Shown: piece by piece, positions 38,801 through 53,100 of the stretch
Numbering within the stretch: position 1 is the stretch's first letter
Layout: each line of letters begins with the position of its first letter
Source of the DNA: Antedon mediterranea
Lineage: Eukaryota; Animalia; Echinodermata
Length of the DNA stretch: 64,000 bases
NCBI RefSeq assembly: GCF_964355755.1
Contig: NC_092674.1
Span: forward strand, 1,178,001-1,242,000
Direction: 5' to 3'
Notes under the pieces: generated by a model
What the model was told of the DNA's origin: nothing
The model's input: only the letters and a program-made list of their open reading frames with translations
The model's database searches: none
Translations under genes and position numbers: made by a program

Positions 38801-41800
38801 TACTTCTGCATACTGTGGCAGATATATCATATCCATGTCGTTAACAACTTAGGCCTACTATTCGATCACCTTACTTTTATTTCTATTTTATTTATGTCCG
38901 TACATTATGTAGGATATATTAAGTATATAATGATTATTGTAGTGTTGAGGCAAATCACGTGTATATTTATATTTCTAATGTTTTAATATCGAACGTAAAA
39001 TTCATCGGCATGCATTTCTTTATTGCATAAACCTCATTGAGCTGGTATCCATTTGCAGGTATAGAACGAGCTTCGTAATTAACTGTGATTAAAAAATACG
39101 CAATAGGCGTTTGTGGCATGCCAATCTTTTCAAAAACTTAAAACTAAAAAATTCAATAAAACAATTTTAAAACGATTTTCTAAACGAACACATTACAATT
39201 GTTCATTGATACCTGTAAGATAAAATGAAAACACAAATTATTTATAAATAACGAGATAAATATTTATATTTACTGTACTTAAAAATTAATAACGAACGAG
39301 GTAACAAAAAATGTTAATAGTATATTATTAGAAATTCTAATAATACTATTAAAATGGTTTTTTACCTCGATCATTTATTAACTAAAAACATACGGTAATT
39401 AGCATTTTCATTACAAATGTATTTAGTGCGTCCCATAGAAATTAGTGCGACCAAAATAAAACGCGACCGAAAAAAACAAAATACCGGATGTTGATTTTAT
39501 CGCGACCGATTTCAAGCGCGACCGATTTCAAGCACGGCCGATTTCATCTGACACCCTAGGTCTAGCCTAGGCCTGTTAGTATTAGGCTAGGCCTAGGATT
39601 GCTCTGTCATTTGTTGACATAATTAACACTAATGTTGGTGTGTTTATAAAATCCATATAAATATAACATTTAATATAATATTATTAAAAACCAAATGTTT
39701 ACTGTTTTAATCAATGTGAATGAAATGCGGCCTTGGCTAGAGGAGTGCTCAGTACATTTTATTTCATTCAATTCCAAATGACAGGAATCTATTTAGTTAT
39801 ATAAAACAAATAATGAATGTTTTATATTCGTGTAATAGTACAAATAATGGCATTTGGTGAATATATAAATCTATAATATAGATATATAACCTTTCATCAT
39901 TCACCTCATGCCATTATTTGTACTATTACACTAATACACATTCATTATTTGTATCTTAATGAATGCTGTTGAAAGCACATCACATACCCTACTATATCAA
40001 AATGAAGCATTAACGAGAGTGAGACCTATAATATATGACACATATATGGAGGTGACTAATAATCTTGAATACGACATAAACACATGATTTACTATCACAT
40101 AATTATTTACGATCGTTTCAGGTTCATTTACGAATCTCCAAGATGGTTGATATCGAATGGTCGTCTAACTGAAGCAAATATCATATTTCAAAAAATTGCT
40201 AATTTCAACCAAATAGAACAGAAAGAAACCTACATCAGCAGCGAACATAATCCTAAAACATTAGGTGAAATGGAGGATTTGACTGGGACACACCAAGAAA
40301 CTAAAACACAAATGACGTCATTAAGTAAACTGATGCACTGTTTTACTCGCAAAGGAAATACCCCAATTGAGAAAAAACGAAAAAACACATTTCTTGATAT
40401 CTTAAAAAGTCCAAGAATGCGTAGAAGTACTTTGGTTACGTGCTACATATTGTAAGTATAACATTAATATAGGCCTAATTTTAAAAGGAAAATCAGAGGT
40501 GAAGCCGGGATATAGAAGAAAGATATGCAACTAGTGGTGATTAACATTTCAAATGCTCATCCAATAATACTTGTATCGTAGTATACCTAGTTATTGTAAT
40601 CTATCAGAGCAATACACTTTACTTTCTTGTTATATTTTAGTTTCGTCAATGGTCTAAACTATGTTGGAATGTCGATAAATAGTTCAAACCTATCTGGTGA
40701 TAAATACCTCAACACATTTCTAGTTTGTCTTGTTGATGTTCCAAGTGGGATCAGTGCTATATACTTATTGCAAAGGTAAATAAAACAAGGCCATATAGAT
40801 GGCTGCAGTCGCGTGCTCATTAGTGTTTACCGACCGACCGACCAACCTACCAACTGACCGAAATTACTGAACATGTTTAAAAATGTTGAAATGTTTAAAA
40901 ACATTTATATTTTTTTAATTCACACGTGCGTAGCCTGTCACTTTTGACGTGCTCGTATAACGTAATTTCGAGTTGAAAAGTAAGTCAAGAAAACAGAAAT
41001 CGGGCAAAAAGAGTGTGCAATAACATTTAACGCCCAGTGCGCGCGCAAAAATCTGCGCACTCATGGCAATTTTGTAAACGCTTAAAATTGCCTGAAACGT
41101 ACTCTTATTTCATCGAAAATAAATTTTGAAAATTTTAAGCGCGCGTACGCATGCGTTACATGGGCTACGCACGTAATTGTATTGCCATATGATGGTTTAT
41201 GCCCTGAAATTTATGAGTACCAAATTTTATTTAATTGTGATTCATGGTTGTGAAGATATGATTACAAACGTGGTTTCGTTAAATCGTGCGTAGACCGCGT
41301 AACTTTTTATTGCGCACCGTGAAAACATAACCACATCGATTCCTGGCCATAAGGAATATACTGTGAAAAATTGACTTAGCTAGATTAAACTGATATCAAG
41401 ATAAGGTCAGAAAGCGATAAAACGTATAGTGATACCGGACCGACAGACAGACCGACAGACCGACAGACCGACCGACCGACCGACCGACCGACATAGTGAA
41501 CAATAGAGTCGCGTCCACGCGACTAAAAAGCATTATCTTCACATTCACTATTTGGTTTCTATTTCTTTCTTAACATTGAATACAATTATTATCAGGTTTT
41601 ATTCGGTTTATTTTTTGAAGAAAAGAAAATTTAAAACATCCTTTAACTCATAAATCTGAATCTTTTCTTAACAATATTCAAATTAAGTTTTCTTTTTTAT
41701 TTACAGAATAAATCGACGACCTATGCTCATGACTGTCCTTTTATTGGCTGCAGTGTTTTCAATTTCTTCTGCATTTATGCCGTTGGTCACTAGTAAGCTC

Positions 41801-42806
41801 GTAACCAATTTTCAGTACTGTACATAGGCTATAATTTTGTTCACGTTCTCCAATTCAGTCACAACGTGGCGAAGTCACTGAATTTATCAGAAATGGTAGT
41901 AATTATTAACAATAATTCTTTTATTCGGTTAGAAAGTGGAACAAATCTTTCTCCTCTAATCCTGGCATTTGCATGTTTGGGCAAATACGCAATCGGTTTG
42001 TCATTTAATTGTGTCTGGCTTTACGGGAACGAGATATTTCCAACAGAATTAAGGTAAAAAGAAGTATGAAGTTCCGGCGTTAGATGTATAACATCACAAT
42101 TAGGCACTATACGCTAAAAAAAAGTATACCGATATTAATATTACGCATGCAAAGATTTAGAGGGAATTTGTGATGTCGTCATCCCAAAAAAATAATGCTA
42201 GAAATCAAATTGTATATTTGTATTTGTATTTGTATGTATATTTGACAATCTGTAATCATTAATATTTTGAATTTCAACAAAACCACCCTTTTTTATTCTT
42301 AGAAACCGAGCATTTGGAACATGTTCATTTGCAGCAAGAATTGGCTCAATTATCGCGCCTTACTTCTTGTACTTGGTAAGTATTGAGTCTAGAACTTGTT
42401 TCAATAACAGTCATTTGTCATCATAACATGCGGGTACAATGTTCATAAAGTGAAAATAATTTGACGGATTTACAGATACATCTCAATTGAGATCTGACCG
42501 CTGATACCCACATCATTTTCATTAGCCATCTACCGTACCGTTGCTTACATTTTGTACTCGCGAGACTATTGACCAGAAATTACAAAATACCTTCTGCCAA
42601 CTACGTAACTAATGTACGTGAATCTATTTTATGTGTATTTCTAGAACAATTTCTATGGGGGCAGTGCGTTGTTGTTATTTGGTATATCTGCTGCAGTAGG
42701 AGGTATATTGGTCTACTTTCTACCAGAGACTCGTAATAAACCTCTTCCAGAGAACATGGAAGAAGGTGAAGACCTCCATGCAGGAAGAGAAATTGTACGG
42801 CCATAG
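35831..42806 (+). CDS. SLC22 organic cation/anion/carnitine transporter family member, paralog A (9 coding exons)
   Basis: Exons 35831-36169, 36707-36937, ~37408-37603, ~40122-40451, ~40641-40775, ~41707-41792, ~41933-42053, ~42303-42375, ~42645-42806; motifs WGRYQ, STVVNE.GLVCD, SDYFGRR, EMFPPEKR, ESPRWL, EIFPTELRN, LPETRNKPLPE. Confidence 0.92.
37936..39953. mobile_element. Probable composite non-autonomous DNA element in SLC22-A intron 3 with 3' long hairpin
   Basis: Intron is ~2 kb longer than in paralogs; imperfect hairpin ACAAATAATGAATG...GTGTAATAGTACAAATAATGGCAT / ATGCCATTATTTGTACTATTACAC...CATTCATTATTTGT (39806-39953); internal terminus with repeated GCGACCGA motifs at ~39445-39555; superfamily not assigned. 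Confidence 0.45.
40784..41529 (-). mobile_element. HINE/Helentron-type element, copy 1
   Basis: Reverse complement of 59084-59766; subTIR AGTCGCGTG, (GACC/GACA)n microsatellite, hairpin GCCATATAGATGGC, terminus AACAAG. Confidence 0.85.
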
Positions 42807-44023
42807 GGTGCAATGAATCACGTCTGTCACAAGCATCTAGATAGTGAGACGTTAGACCCAATGATATCGTAACATAATTTATGGTTTCCGATTGGTTCAA
42901 TGCGAAACCTTGCAATTTTAAACATTATCACAAAGATCTCTGCTTTGAATATAGATAATACTATGATCTTAAAAATTACTTCTTCCTCATCCTAATGTAT
43001 TTGTATTTGGGCCGGGAAACTAAACTCCAAACTGAACAAAAAAATAATAATATTAGTTAATTGCTTTAGTGGTATATTATTTTATATTGAATAAAAACAA
43101 AAAAGTGGATCGGCATATGCTTTGAGAAATTGTTTTTTGGCCTCATTGGCGTGTCGTATGTTTTCATATCCAGGTTTTTTTTTCACATCCGCAATTTAAA
43201 CTTTGCAAAAGTTTAATGGTAAAAGTTTGGCAAAACATCAATGTAATAAAAACCAAGGGGCAAAATCGCCTTGGCTTTTAATCTACTGAATATAAAACGG
43301 AATTAGATGTAAGGGCTACCCTCTAAAAGTTGAAATAAAACAATCTTACTTAATTTATGCCACTTCATGTAAGCTTAAGAACAAGCATCCTGCTACCATT
43401 TCCTGGGAATCGGTTTATATTCTTATATTTCACTTCATTGGTAAGTAGTTGCTTATTTTTAGATTTAAACGAATACAATGACAATGTTAGTGCAATTTAT
43501 TTTGCTAAAACATCATTTTTTTTCTCTTTTGTGGTTAACCACCACCTTTATTCATTCAATCTTTCATACATATTTTGTTCACAATTCATTCATAAATTTC
43601 CGTTTTCTACTTTTTTCTTTATTTTCTGATTTTTACACTTTTAACCTTTATACATAGTGTTTTCATTTATATAACCATAAAAATCTACAATTCTTTTTGT
43701 ACATGATATAATACATTTTAAAATACAGTAGGCCTACTACAACATCATTACAGTTACTGTCGAAGTGACGTGGCAACGTAAACCTTACAGAGGACTTGTG
43801 TAGGTGTAGGTGCCAAAATTCATCATACAAAATTAAGTTGCACATTTCTGCCAAGTACAGTAGTGCATAAAAATATCAGAAGGCGCTGTATTGGTTGAAA
43901 TGAAATGTCATATTCATTAGCATTCAATTGTGGTTGTATAAGTATAACTTACTGTAGACGTATAAGACATTTGTTTGTATTGACAAACTGATCAGGGAAA
44001 TTCAATTAACTATAGGACTAACG

Positions 44024-47000
44024 ATGGACGTTGATGAAACTCTTAGAGCTCTACATCCATGGGGCAGATACCAGATTGTCTTATTAATTGTCAACTGCGT
44101 ATTTGGAACCATGACACCTGCACTTCACATCTTTTCATTAATTTACATAATGGATACACCTATACACCATTGTAACCCTTACGAGGGATACAGTACATCA
44201 CAGGCTATTCCAGTAAGCAAGGTCCACAGCAAAGAGATAGTGGAGTATGAGAGCTGCTTGATCTACCAAATGGATAATGGTGGTACATTGACCAATCAGA
44301 CGATAAGTTGCCCGGATGGAAATGAGTACATATTGAGTGAAGGTGAATCAACAGTCGTCAATGAGGTAAAATACAAAATAAATGGTAAAGAATGTAAGTT
44401 TAAACATGCTTAACGACACGAAAGTCTGAGCATATAATACGTTTGTGATATAGCCTATATCAGTTCGTCAATTCAAGTATACAGTAACTGAAACATAAAC
44501 TATGTTAAACTTATATAGAAACAAAATTGTATTAAATCAAATAAATTGAAATGTTGTCATTTAGCTTGGTTTGGTTTGTGACAAGAAATTAATGGCGAAT
44601 ACAGCGATGTCGGTGTACTTCTGTGGTGTTTTGGTTGGAGCAATAGTATCGGGTATAACATCCGATTATTTTGGAAGACGGAATGTGTTTTTAACCGCAA
44701 CCATTTTAATTGGTATAACTGGGATAGGTCTGATATTTACAACATCTTATTATACGTTTGTTTTCGTCTGGTTTATCACGGCTATTGAAGAACAGGTAAG
44801 TAAACTCTAAAGTTGTAATTCTACATCAATCTTGTTCTTAATATGTACTTAGAATCTGGTGTATTTACATCAGCAAACATTTGACAAATATTGTTCTCAA
44901 TATGTACTTAGAGTTTGGTGTATTTACATCAGCAAACAGTTGACCAATTAATATAATTACAAATCAGAAGAATTCAAATTGTTTTGATTTTATAGAGCCC
45001 CAAATTGTAACTTACTGACTTACTGCCGAGTTGGCCTGAGGCCGAGATGATGTGGGGCCAAGTTGACTTGAGGCCGAGTTGACTTTGGGCCGACTTGACA
45101 TGGGTTTCCAACTTGAACACTGAATTATATTTAACAAAAAATTAAGTAGTGAAAATTCAGATTTTAACTTTAAAGGCCAATTTACACAGACGAGCGGTAA
45201 CGGTAAGCGGTAAAGTTGAGCAGAAAATGCAAAAATAGAATCTATGTTATTCCTTATGACCATTTACACAGAACGCGGAGCGGACGAGTGGTTAACCGAG
45301 ACGGTTTAGTGCCGTGTTGACCTGCACCCAAAGAACCCACATTTTTACGTTGTGATATTGTCTTTCTTTCTTCATTTCCCTTCACATAATTATAAACAAA
45401 CATAAATAATCATAGTACAAAAAGAATGGAAAGGGGAATCTCTGAATTATAACTTATATTGTTATACAACTGTTTTATTTTGTAGTGTGTAAACGTTCCT
45501 TCTTACGTTTTGCTTATGGAAATGTTCCCGCCAGAGAAACGGACGCTTGCTGGGTGTATATCAAACCTTGCTTGGGGTATTGGCATTGCTCTCTTGTCGG
45601 TGTACGCTTACTTTCTAAGGGATTGGAGACATATGCAAATTGCTATTTCTGCTCCATGTTTTGCGGCTGTGTTTTTTTGGTGGTATGTTAATAGTCTGCT
45701 AAATGTTTTAAGTTTAAATATCATAGGAGAAATATCATTAGAAATATGCTTGTTGTAAGTTAATAAAATACCGAACTGTTTGTGATCACCGCGCCCAGCT
45801 GGCATCAGCAGCTAGTCAAGAAAGTATTTAATTAGTAGGTAATTAATCCAGGCCTCGCACGCATTGAGCAACAACAACGTACGGCCGGGGCGGACCCAGC
45901 ATTTTTTAACATTCATTTTCATAACATTTAATATTAATGATTCATTTTGTATACTATTTGGAAATCAGGTTTGTTTACGAATCTCCAAGATGGATGATAT
46001 CGAAAGGTCGTTTCACGGAGGCAAATATCATATTTCAAAAAATTGCCAAATTCAACAAACTAGAACAAAGGAAAACGTATATCAACAATAAACATAATGG
46101 TGAAGCGGTACGTGAAATGGAGGATTTGAATGGGAAACACGAAAAAACAAAAACACAAATGACGTCATTAAATAAACTAATGCACTGTTTTACTCGTAAA
46201 GAAAATAGGCCAATTGAGACAAAACGAAAAAACACATTTCTTGATATCTTAAAAAGTCCAAGAATGCGTAGAAGTACTTTAATTGCGTATTACATATTGT
46301 AAGTATACGTTGTAGTTGTTCATTTCCCAATCGTTATTGCAAACAATAGTGTTTGGTGAATCACAGGGAAAAGTACTCAACCCATTCTATCTAGAATGTA
46401 TTAAAACCATTTAAATCAACGTACTAATCAAAGTAGATTCAAGGCATTATGCATTCAGCAAACTTAATTTTAAAACATTCACAAACAAATTCGTATTATT
46501 CTTGATTAACATTCAGGAAGGGTAAAAGTAATTTATTTTTTCTCTGTTCTTTTTAGTTTGGTCAACAGTCTATTCTTTGTTGGAATATCATTAAACAGTT
46601 CTGATTTGTTTGGTGATAAGTACCTCAACACGTTTCTAGTTTGTCTTGTTGACGTTCCAAGTGGGATTGTTTCTATATACTTATTACAAAGGTAGATATT
46701 ATTGAAAGAAACGCATAACAGTTTAACGTTCTGTGTTTCATCGTGTCATTGACTCATTGTGCTTTGTTTTTTTTGTCATATCATGTTTTTTAAAGGACCA
46801 ATGATGCTACATTATTGTCTCTCTATTCTCAGAATTAATAGACGGCCGCTGCTAATGATTTTCCTTTTATTGGCTGCAGTATTTTCAATTTCTTCTGCCT
46901 TCGTGCCTTTGGTCACAAGTAAGTTCACGATTTATAGTTATATTAGTAGTCTCAATACCTTGACCTAAAGTTAGAATTTGGTGTATTCACGAATTTATCA

Positions 47001-48533
47001 TTATAAAACAATATTTTTTCTTTTAGAAAGTGGAACTAATCTTTACCCTCTTATCCTAACATTGGCATGTTTGGGCAAATACGCAATTGGTACATCGTTT
47101 AACTGTTTCTGGCTCTATGCAAATGAGATATTTCCAACGGAATTAAGGTAAGAATAATTAGTTGAGTATACATACTGCAATAGCAGTCCCCCAATGGTTG
47201 GTCCTTCTATTATGTACACAGTTTGATAGGGCAATCTGGTGTTCTTGATCTGTTAACATTATAACATCATGTATCAACTGAAGATTTACAACATGATCTG
47301 TTAACATTATAACATCATGTATCAACTGAAGATTTACAACATGATCTGTTAACATTATAACATCATGTATCAACTGAAGATTTACAACATGATCTGTTAA
47401 CATTATAACATCATGTATCAACTGAAGATTTACAACATGATCTGTTAACATTATAACATCATGTATCAACTGAAGATTTACAACATGATCTGTTAACATT
47501 ATAACATCATGTATCAACTGAAGATTTACAACATGATCTGTTAACATTATAACATCATGTATCAACTGAAGATTTACAACATGATCTGTTAACATTATAA
47601 CATCATGTATCAACTGAAGATTTACAACATGATCTGTTAACATTATAACATCATGTATCAACTGAAGATTTACAACATGATCTGTTAACATTATAACATC
47701 ATGTATCAACTGAAGATTTACAACATGATCTGTTAACATTATAACATCATGTATCAACTGAAGATTTACAACATGATCTGTTAACATTATAACATCATGT
47801 ATCAACTGAAGATTTACAACATGATCTGTTAACATTATAACATCATGTATCAACTGAAGATTTACAACATGATCTGTTAACATTATAACATCATGTATCA
47901 ACTGAAGATTTACAACATGATCTGTTAACATTATAACATCATGTATCAACTGAAGATTTACAACATGACAAAACATAAACAATACAAAAAGTACTATACC
48001 ACGTGACGTTTGGATTTCCTAGATGCCCTACAAATTATTTCCAATTTTTAATCAGCTAAAATGTTTATGTTTTATTCTCAGAAACAGGGCATTCGGAACT
48101 TGTTCATTTGCAGCAAGAATTGGCTCAATTATCGCGCCCTACATTTTGTACTTGGTAAGTGTAGATTATCTCAATAAAATGTTTTTTTTATAACAATTTT
48201 GATTATTAATTTTTACGGATTTATGAATTTACGGGATAAAAACAACTTAAAGCTTAATGGTATTTTAATTACCTAGATTAGGCGTATGACTGCCTAACTA
48301 GATTGAAAAAAGGACAACAATACTGGAAGCTATTTTACTAACGATAATCTATTTTGTATTTGTACTTCTAGAACAATTTCTATGCTGGTAGTGCGTTGTT
48401 GTTATTTGGTATCTTTGCTGCAGTAGGAGGTATATTGGTCTATTTTCTACCAGAAACTCGTAATAAACCTCTTCCAGAAAACATGGAAGAAGGTGAAGAT
48501 CTCCATGCGGGAAGAAAAATTATACGGCCATAG
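44024..48533 (+). CDS. SLC22 family transporter, paralog B
   Basis: Same 9-exon structure and motifs as paralog A; stop TAG at 48531-48533. Confidence 0.92.
47246..47968. repeat. 48-bp minisatellite x15, essentially perfect (intron of SLC22-B)
   Basis: Unit GATCTGTTAACATTATAACATCATGTATCAACTGAAGATTTACAACAT. Confidence 0.95.
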
Positions 48534-50192
48534 GGTGCAATATTCAACAGCAATTAATTCAGGTTGACTAATCAAGACCTATTATGTCTGAACATAAACT
48601 GTTGCTACAGTAAAGTTAATACTGTATTGTAAAACATCACGCACACTTGTTAATTTGCATAGCAAATGTGTCCGCTTATAAAAGGCAGCGGAGATGCGGA
48701 ATCTATGTTAGTAAGTTACTGTTTTATTGGTTTACTATCAAAGAACTTTATATATCATGACCGAACAAGTGTTACAGTGTAGCGTTAACGTAGATATAAT
48801 TTTATATTTTATAACCGGTACAAGCAGTGGTGTTGTTCAGCCAGCTCGCCGGTAAGCAGTGGTATTGTGTTAAGCCAGCTACAATAAAAGGAATATACCT
48901 GATGTTCGTACTGTTGAATTGTTGTGTGTCTACTGCGTTTTAGAAACAGCGACTACTGCCAAATTTTTTGCTTAAAGGCAATACATTTAACCATGATACA
49001 AGTTCCATTTGTACAATACCAAACCGTCCACCTTTAAAATGGTGCATTTAATTTAAAGGTCGATCTGTGCTCTGTGTAGCATTTTGTTCAAAAATTTGTT
49101 TAAAAATCCACCTTCATTGGAATAAATAAAATAGTAGTAAGTGTCATGTTTCTATTGAAATAGTAATACATATTACCGTTTTAATGGGTGTAAAATGGAT
49201 CAGATGGGTATGTGTTGTTGAAATCGTGTTGTTGGATTTCAAATCCAGGTCAAACCAGCAATAGTTCAGTGGCCGGACGAAAACATACTGGTTTGAGTTA
49301 GTTAATATTTAGCAAAACGCCAGGCGGCAACATTTCATGGTTGCAAACACCTACCACTTCTATTGGCTTTAACTGTCACATGATACTAGCATCCATCGGT
49401 TGTCCGAAAACATTACATGATGATATCTCCCTGACCGACTCATTAGTTTACCAGCTAGGCCTACAAAACTAAGCCTAGCTAGGCTAGGCCTAAGACCGTC
49501 CACGAGAAGTTGATCGCCGCGAGCTACTTAGGTAGTGCATTGTTTCTCACTTTTTATCATAATTTACCATAAAACGTACATTTAAGACAAGGAATGACAT
49601 GGTTTAATGTTTTTAAAGTGATATATGTATTATTTTCCAAAAAACGTCCAAAATTGCAGGGAAGGGGTCTTTAAAGCTTTGGCTTAGTAATGCGTCCTGC
49701 TCACACAATTGTATTTATTAATTTATGTTTCTGTATTATATTGTATTGTATTGTGTTAAACAATAAACTTGAAACTTGACATTAATTTAATATGCTATAG
49801 CCTAGTCCATATTTGATTACAATAAGTTAAAATAACGACTGATTAACTGCTTTACTCTTGACGATACTACTTCCATCGTGTCCTCCATAATTAAAATACA
49901 CAGCTGAATGTACGTTTCAGACAGGACGCTATTTCTTCTCACTACCGTTCTCAAATTTAACGCTACGGTGAGTCTCAAATTTCTGCGCATGCGTGGATCA
50001 CATTTCGGTTCAAATTACCGTACTGAACTCCGTACTACAACGAAAGCTCGCTATTATGTTAGACGCTGCGGTACTTGACAAGTGTATTTTCAGCAGCCAG
50101 TGAAAGAGTGGTATTGATAAACAGATATCAGAGGTACGGTACGTATCTAATTATTACCTGGTGAATTTAACTATAGAGAACACGTGAAAACA

Positions 50193-53100
50193 ATGGACGT
50201 TGACGATACCCTAAGAGCTCTACATCCATGGGGCAGATACCAGATTGTCTTACTAACTATCAACTGTGTATTTGGAACCATGACACCTGCATTACATGTA
50301 TTTTCGTTAATTTACATAACGGATACACCTGTACACCAATGTAAACCTTACGAGGGATACAGTATATCAGATGCTATTCCAGTAAGCAAGGTCCACAGCA
50401 AGGAGATAGTGGAGTATGAGAGCTGCTTGATCTACCAAATGGATAATGGTACATTGACAAATCAGACGATAAGTTGCCCGGATGGAAATGAGTACATATT
50501 GAGTGAAGGTGAATCAACAGTCGTCAATGAGGTAAAGTATTTACAATTTACGTAATAAATAAGGAGAAAACAAGTAAAAAAGTAATCTAAAAGTTCCGGT
50601 ACAATGGGGTAGAGAATAATTAAATAATGACATAACTTATACAAAGTATGATAATACGCCTGGTGTACACTAGCAAAGCTTGGAAAAAAAAGTTCCAAGT
50701 TATGCTAGTGTCTACACCAACAAATTATTCTTGCCAAGTTTCCTAATTTACTAAACTTATTTATTTCTTCTACAGAGTGACAAAGTTTGTCAACTTGTCT
50801 ACATAAACAAATTTTGGAAAATGTTTCTTGCCAAACTCCGAGTTTGCTCAAGTTTTAAAACTTGCTAAAGCTAGCTTCTGTAAACTTGTTGTCTTCTGCA
50901 GGTTGTGCTCAAGTTTTAACAATTAATAGGTTAAACTTGTGCAAAAGTTTTTTCAGGAACGTTTCAACTGTTTTACACTAGCAAACTTTCTTTAAATTTA
51001 GACTTTGCTAAATTTTGTAGTTTGTTAAATGTAAAATACGCTTTAGTCTACTAAATAGAAATATAGAAAGCACGTGCATTGCATTAAGACCTATACCAAA
51101 GTAATAGGCCTATAGTAATTTTTTGTTCATTAAGCTTGGTTTGGTTTGTGACAAGAAACTTATGGCAAGTACGGCAATGTCGGTGTACTTCTGTGGTGTT
51201 TTGGTTGGAGCGATAGTATCGGGTATAACATCCGATTATTTTGGAAGACGGAATGTGTTTTTAACAGCAATCATTTTAATTGGTATAACTGGGATAGGTC
51301 TGATATTTACAACATCTTATTATACGTTTGTTTCCGTCTGGTTTATCACGGCTATTGAAGAACAGGCAAGTAAACACTAATATCTGAATCATATTTCTGA
51401 GAAGCATTAAGCCTGCGTGCTTACTAATGAAAAAGCGCCATAAGCGAGTGCGTTATAACATTAAAATGCATCGTTACAATAAGATACAAACAGTTACATA
51501 ACGATATACACTTCTCTGGTTAACTGAAAATTTATTAAAACCTGTCTTTTCTACTAAAACAAAATCTGATAACTGCGTTGTGGTATTTTATTTTGTAGTG
51601 TATAACTGTTTCTTCTTACGTGCTGCTGTTAGAAATGTTTCCGCCAGAGAAACGAACGCTTGCTGGGTGTATATCAAACCTTGCGTGGGGTATTGGCGTA
51701 GTTCTTTTGTCGATTTACGCTTACTTTCTAAGGGATTGGAGACATATGCACGTGGCTATTTCTGCTCCTTGCTTTGCGGCTGTGTTTCTGTGGTGGTAAG
51801 TTAATACCTAACCTATATTATACTAATAACTGTTAGATCTAAATACACATCAGATATTAATTAGAACTATGTTTTGTTGTAGGTTTAAAGTTAATATAAG
51901 TATTCTATTAACCAAAGAGAGATAGAAAAAGTTATTACATGTAGTTTCAAAATAGGCAGTCATATAATACTATTATAAAACATAACATAACAAAATGTCC
52001 ATTTTAGATACAGGGTAGGCCTATAGACTGCTGGTAAATCTTCTATATATTAGCATTTTGTTGTTTAATCATAAGATGCCTAACTAATAAATAATGCACT
52101 AATTGCAGGTTTGTTTACGAATCTCCAAGATGGCTGATATCGAAAGGTCGTTTAACTGAGGCAAACATCATATTTAAAAAAATTGCCAAATTCAACAAAC
52201 TAGAACAAAGGGAAACGTATATCAACAATGACGGTGAAGCGGTACGTGAAATGGAGGATTTAAGTGGGACACCTGAAGAAACAAAAACACAAATGACGTC
52301 ATTAAATAAACTGATGCACTATTTTACTCGCAAAGAAAATCTCCCAATTGAGAAAAAACGAAAAAACATATTTCTTGATGTATTTAAAAGTTCAAGAATG
52401 CGTAGAAGTACTTTGGTTATCTACTATATATTGTAAGTACGTTACGCAGGCCTAATCATAAGCAGTTTTTATTGTTCTTCTACACTTTTTACGAATTATT
52501 GAAAATACAACATATTTTTAAAAAGGTAATAAAAACATTCCAAAGATATAAAAGCTACTAAAAATAAGCAAACATGGCAATATCAATTTTTCTTTTAGTT
52601 TGGTCAATAGTCTATTCTATTTTGGAATATCATTAAACAGTTCTGATTTATTCGGTGATAAGTACGTCAACACATTCCTAGTTTGTCTTGTTGATGTTCC
52701 AAATGGGATTGTTTCTATATACTTAATGCAAAGGTAAATATTAAGGAAACGCATTTTTTAAAACGCATTATTAAAATACATGCATTATCTATCTATATTA
52801 ACGCAAATAATTATTAATAATGGTCAAACAAATCTGACCCAAAATAATTTTTTGCAGATTTAATAGACGGCCGCTGATCATGGGTTTCCTTTTATTAGCT
52901 GCAGTATTTTCAATTTCTTTAGCATTCATACCTCAGGTCACAAGTAAGTACATGAGCTATGCAAACTGATGATAGTTATACTGCGCATACTCACACGCAC
53001 ACACACTGCGCATACTCACACTCTAAGCTGAATTTGAATATCTTGGCCTAAAGTCAAATGTGTTATATTCATTTTCACAAATAACAATAATTCTTCTTTA

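Noticed and set aside
47158-47982. 274-aa repeat protein (DHVVNLQLIHDVIMLT)n
   Set aside because: Perfect 48-bp satellite in an intron, antisense to SLC22-B, no synonymous variation
48972-49674. Kolobok-like TTAA-bounded element
   Set aside because: TTAAAG/CTTTAA ends present but matching TIRs could not be established
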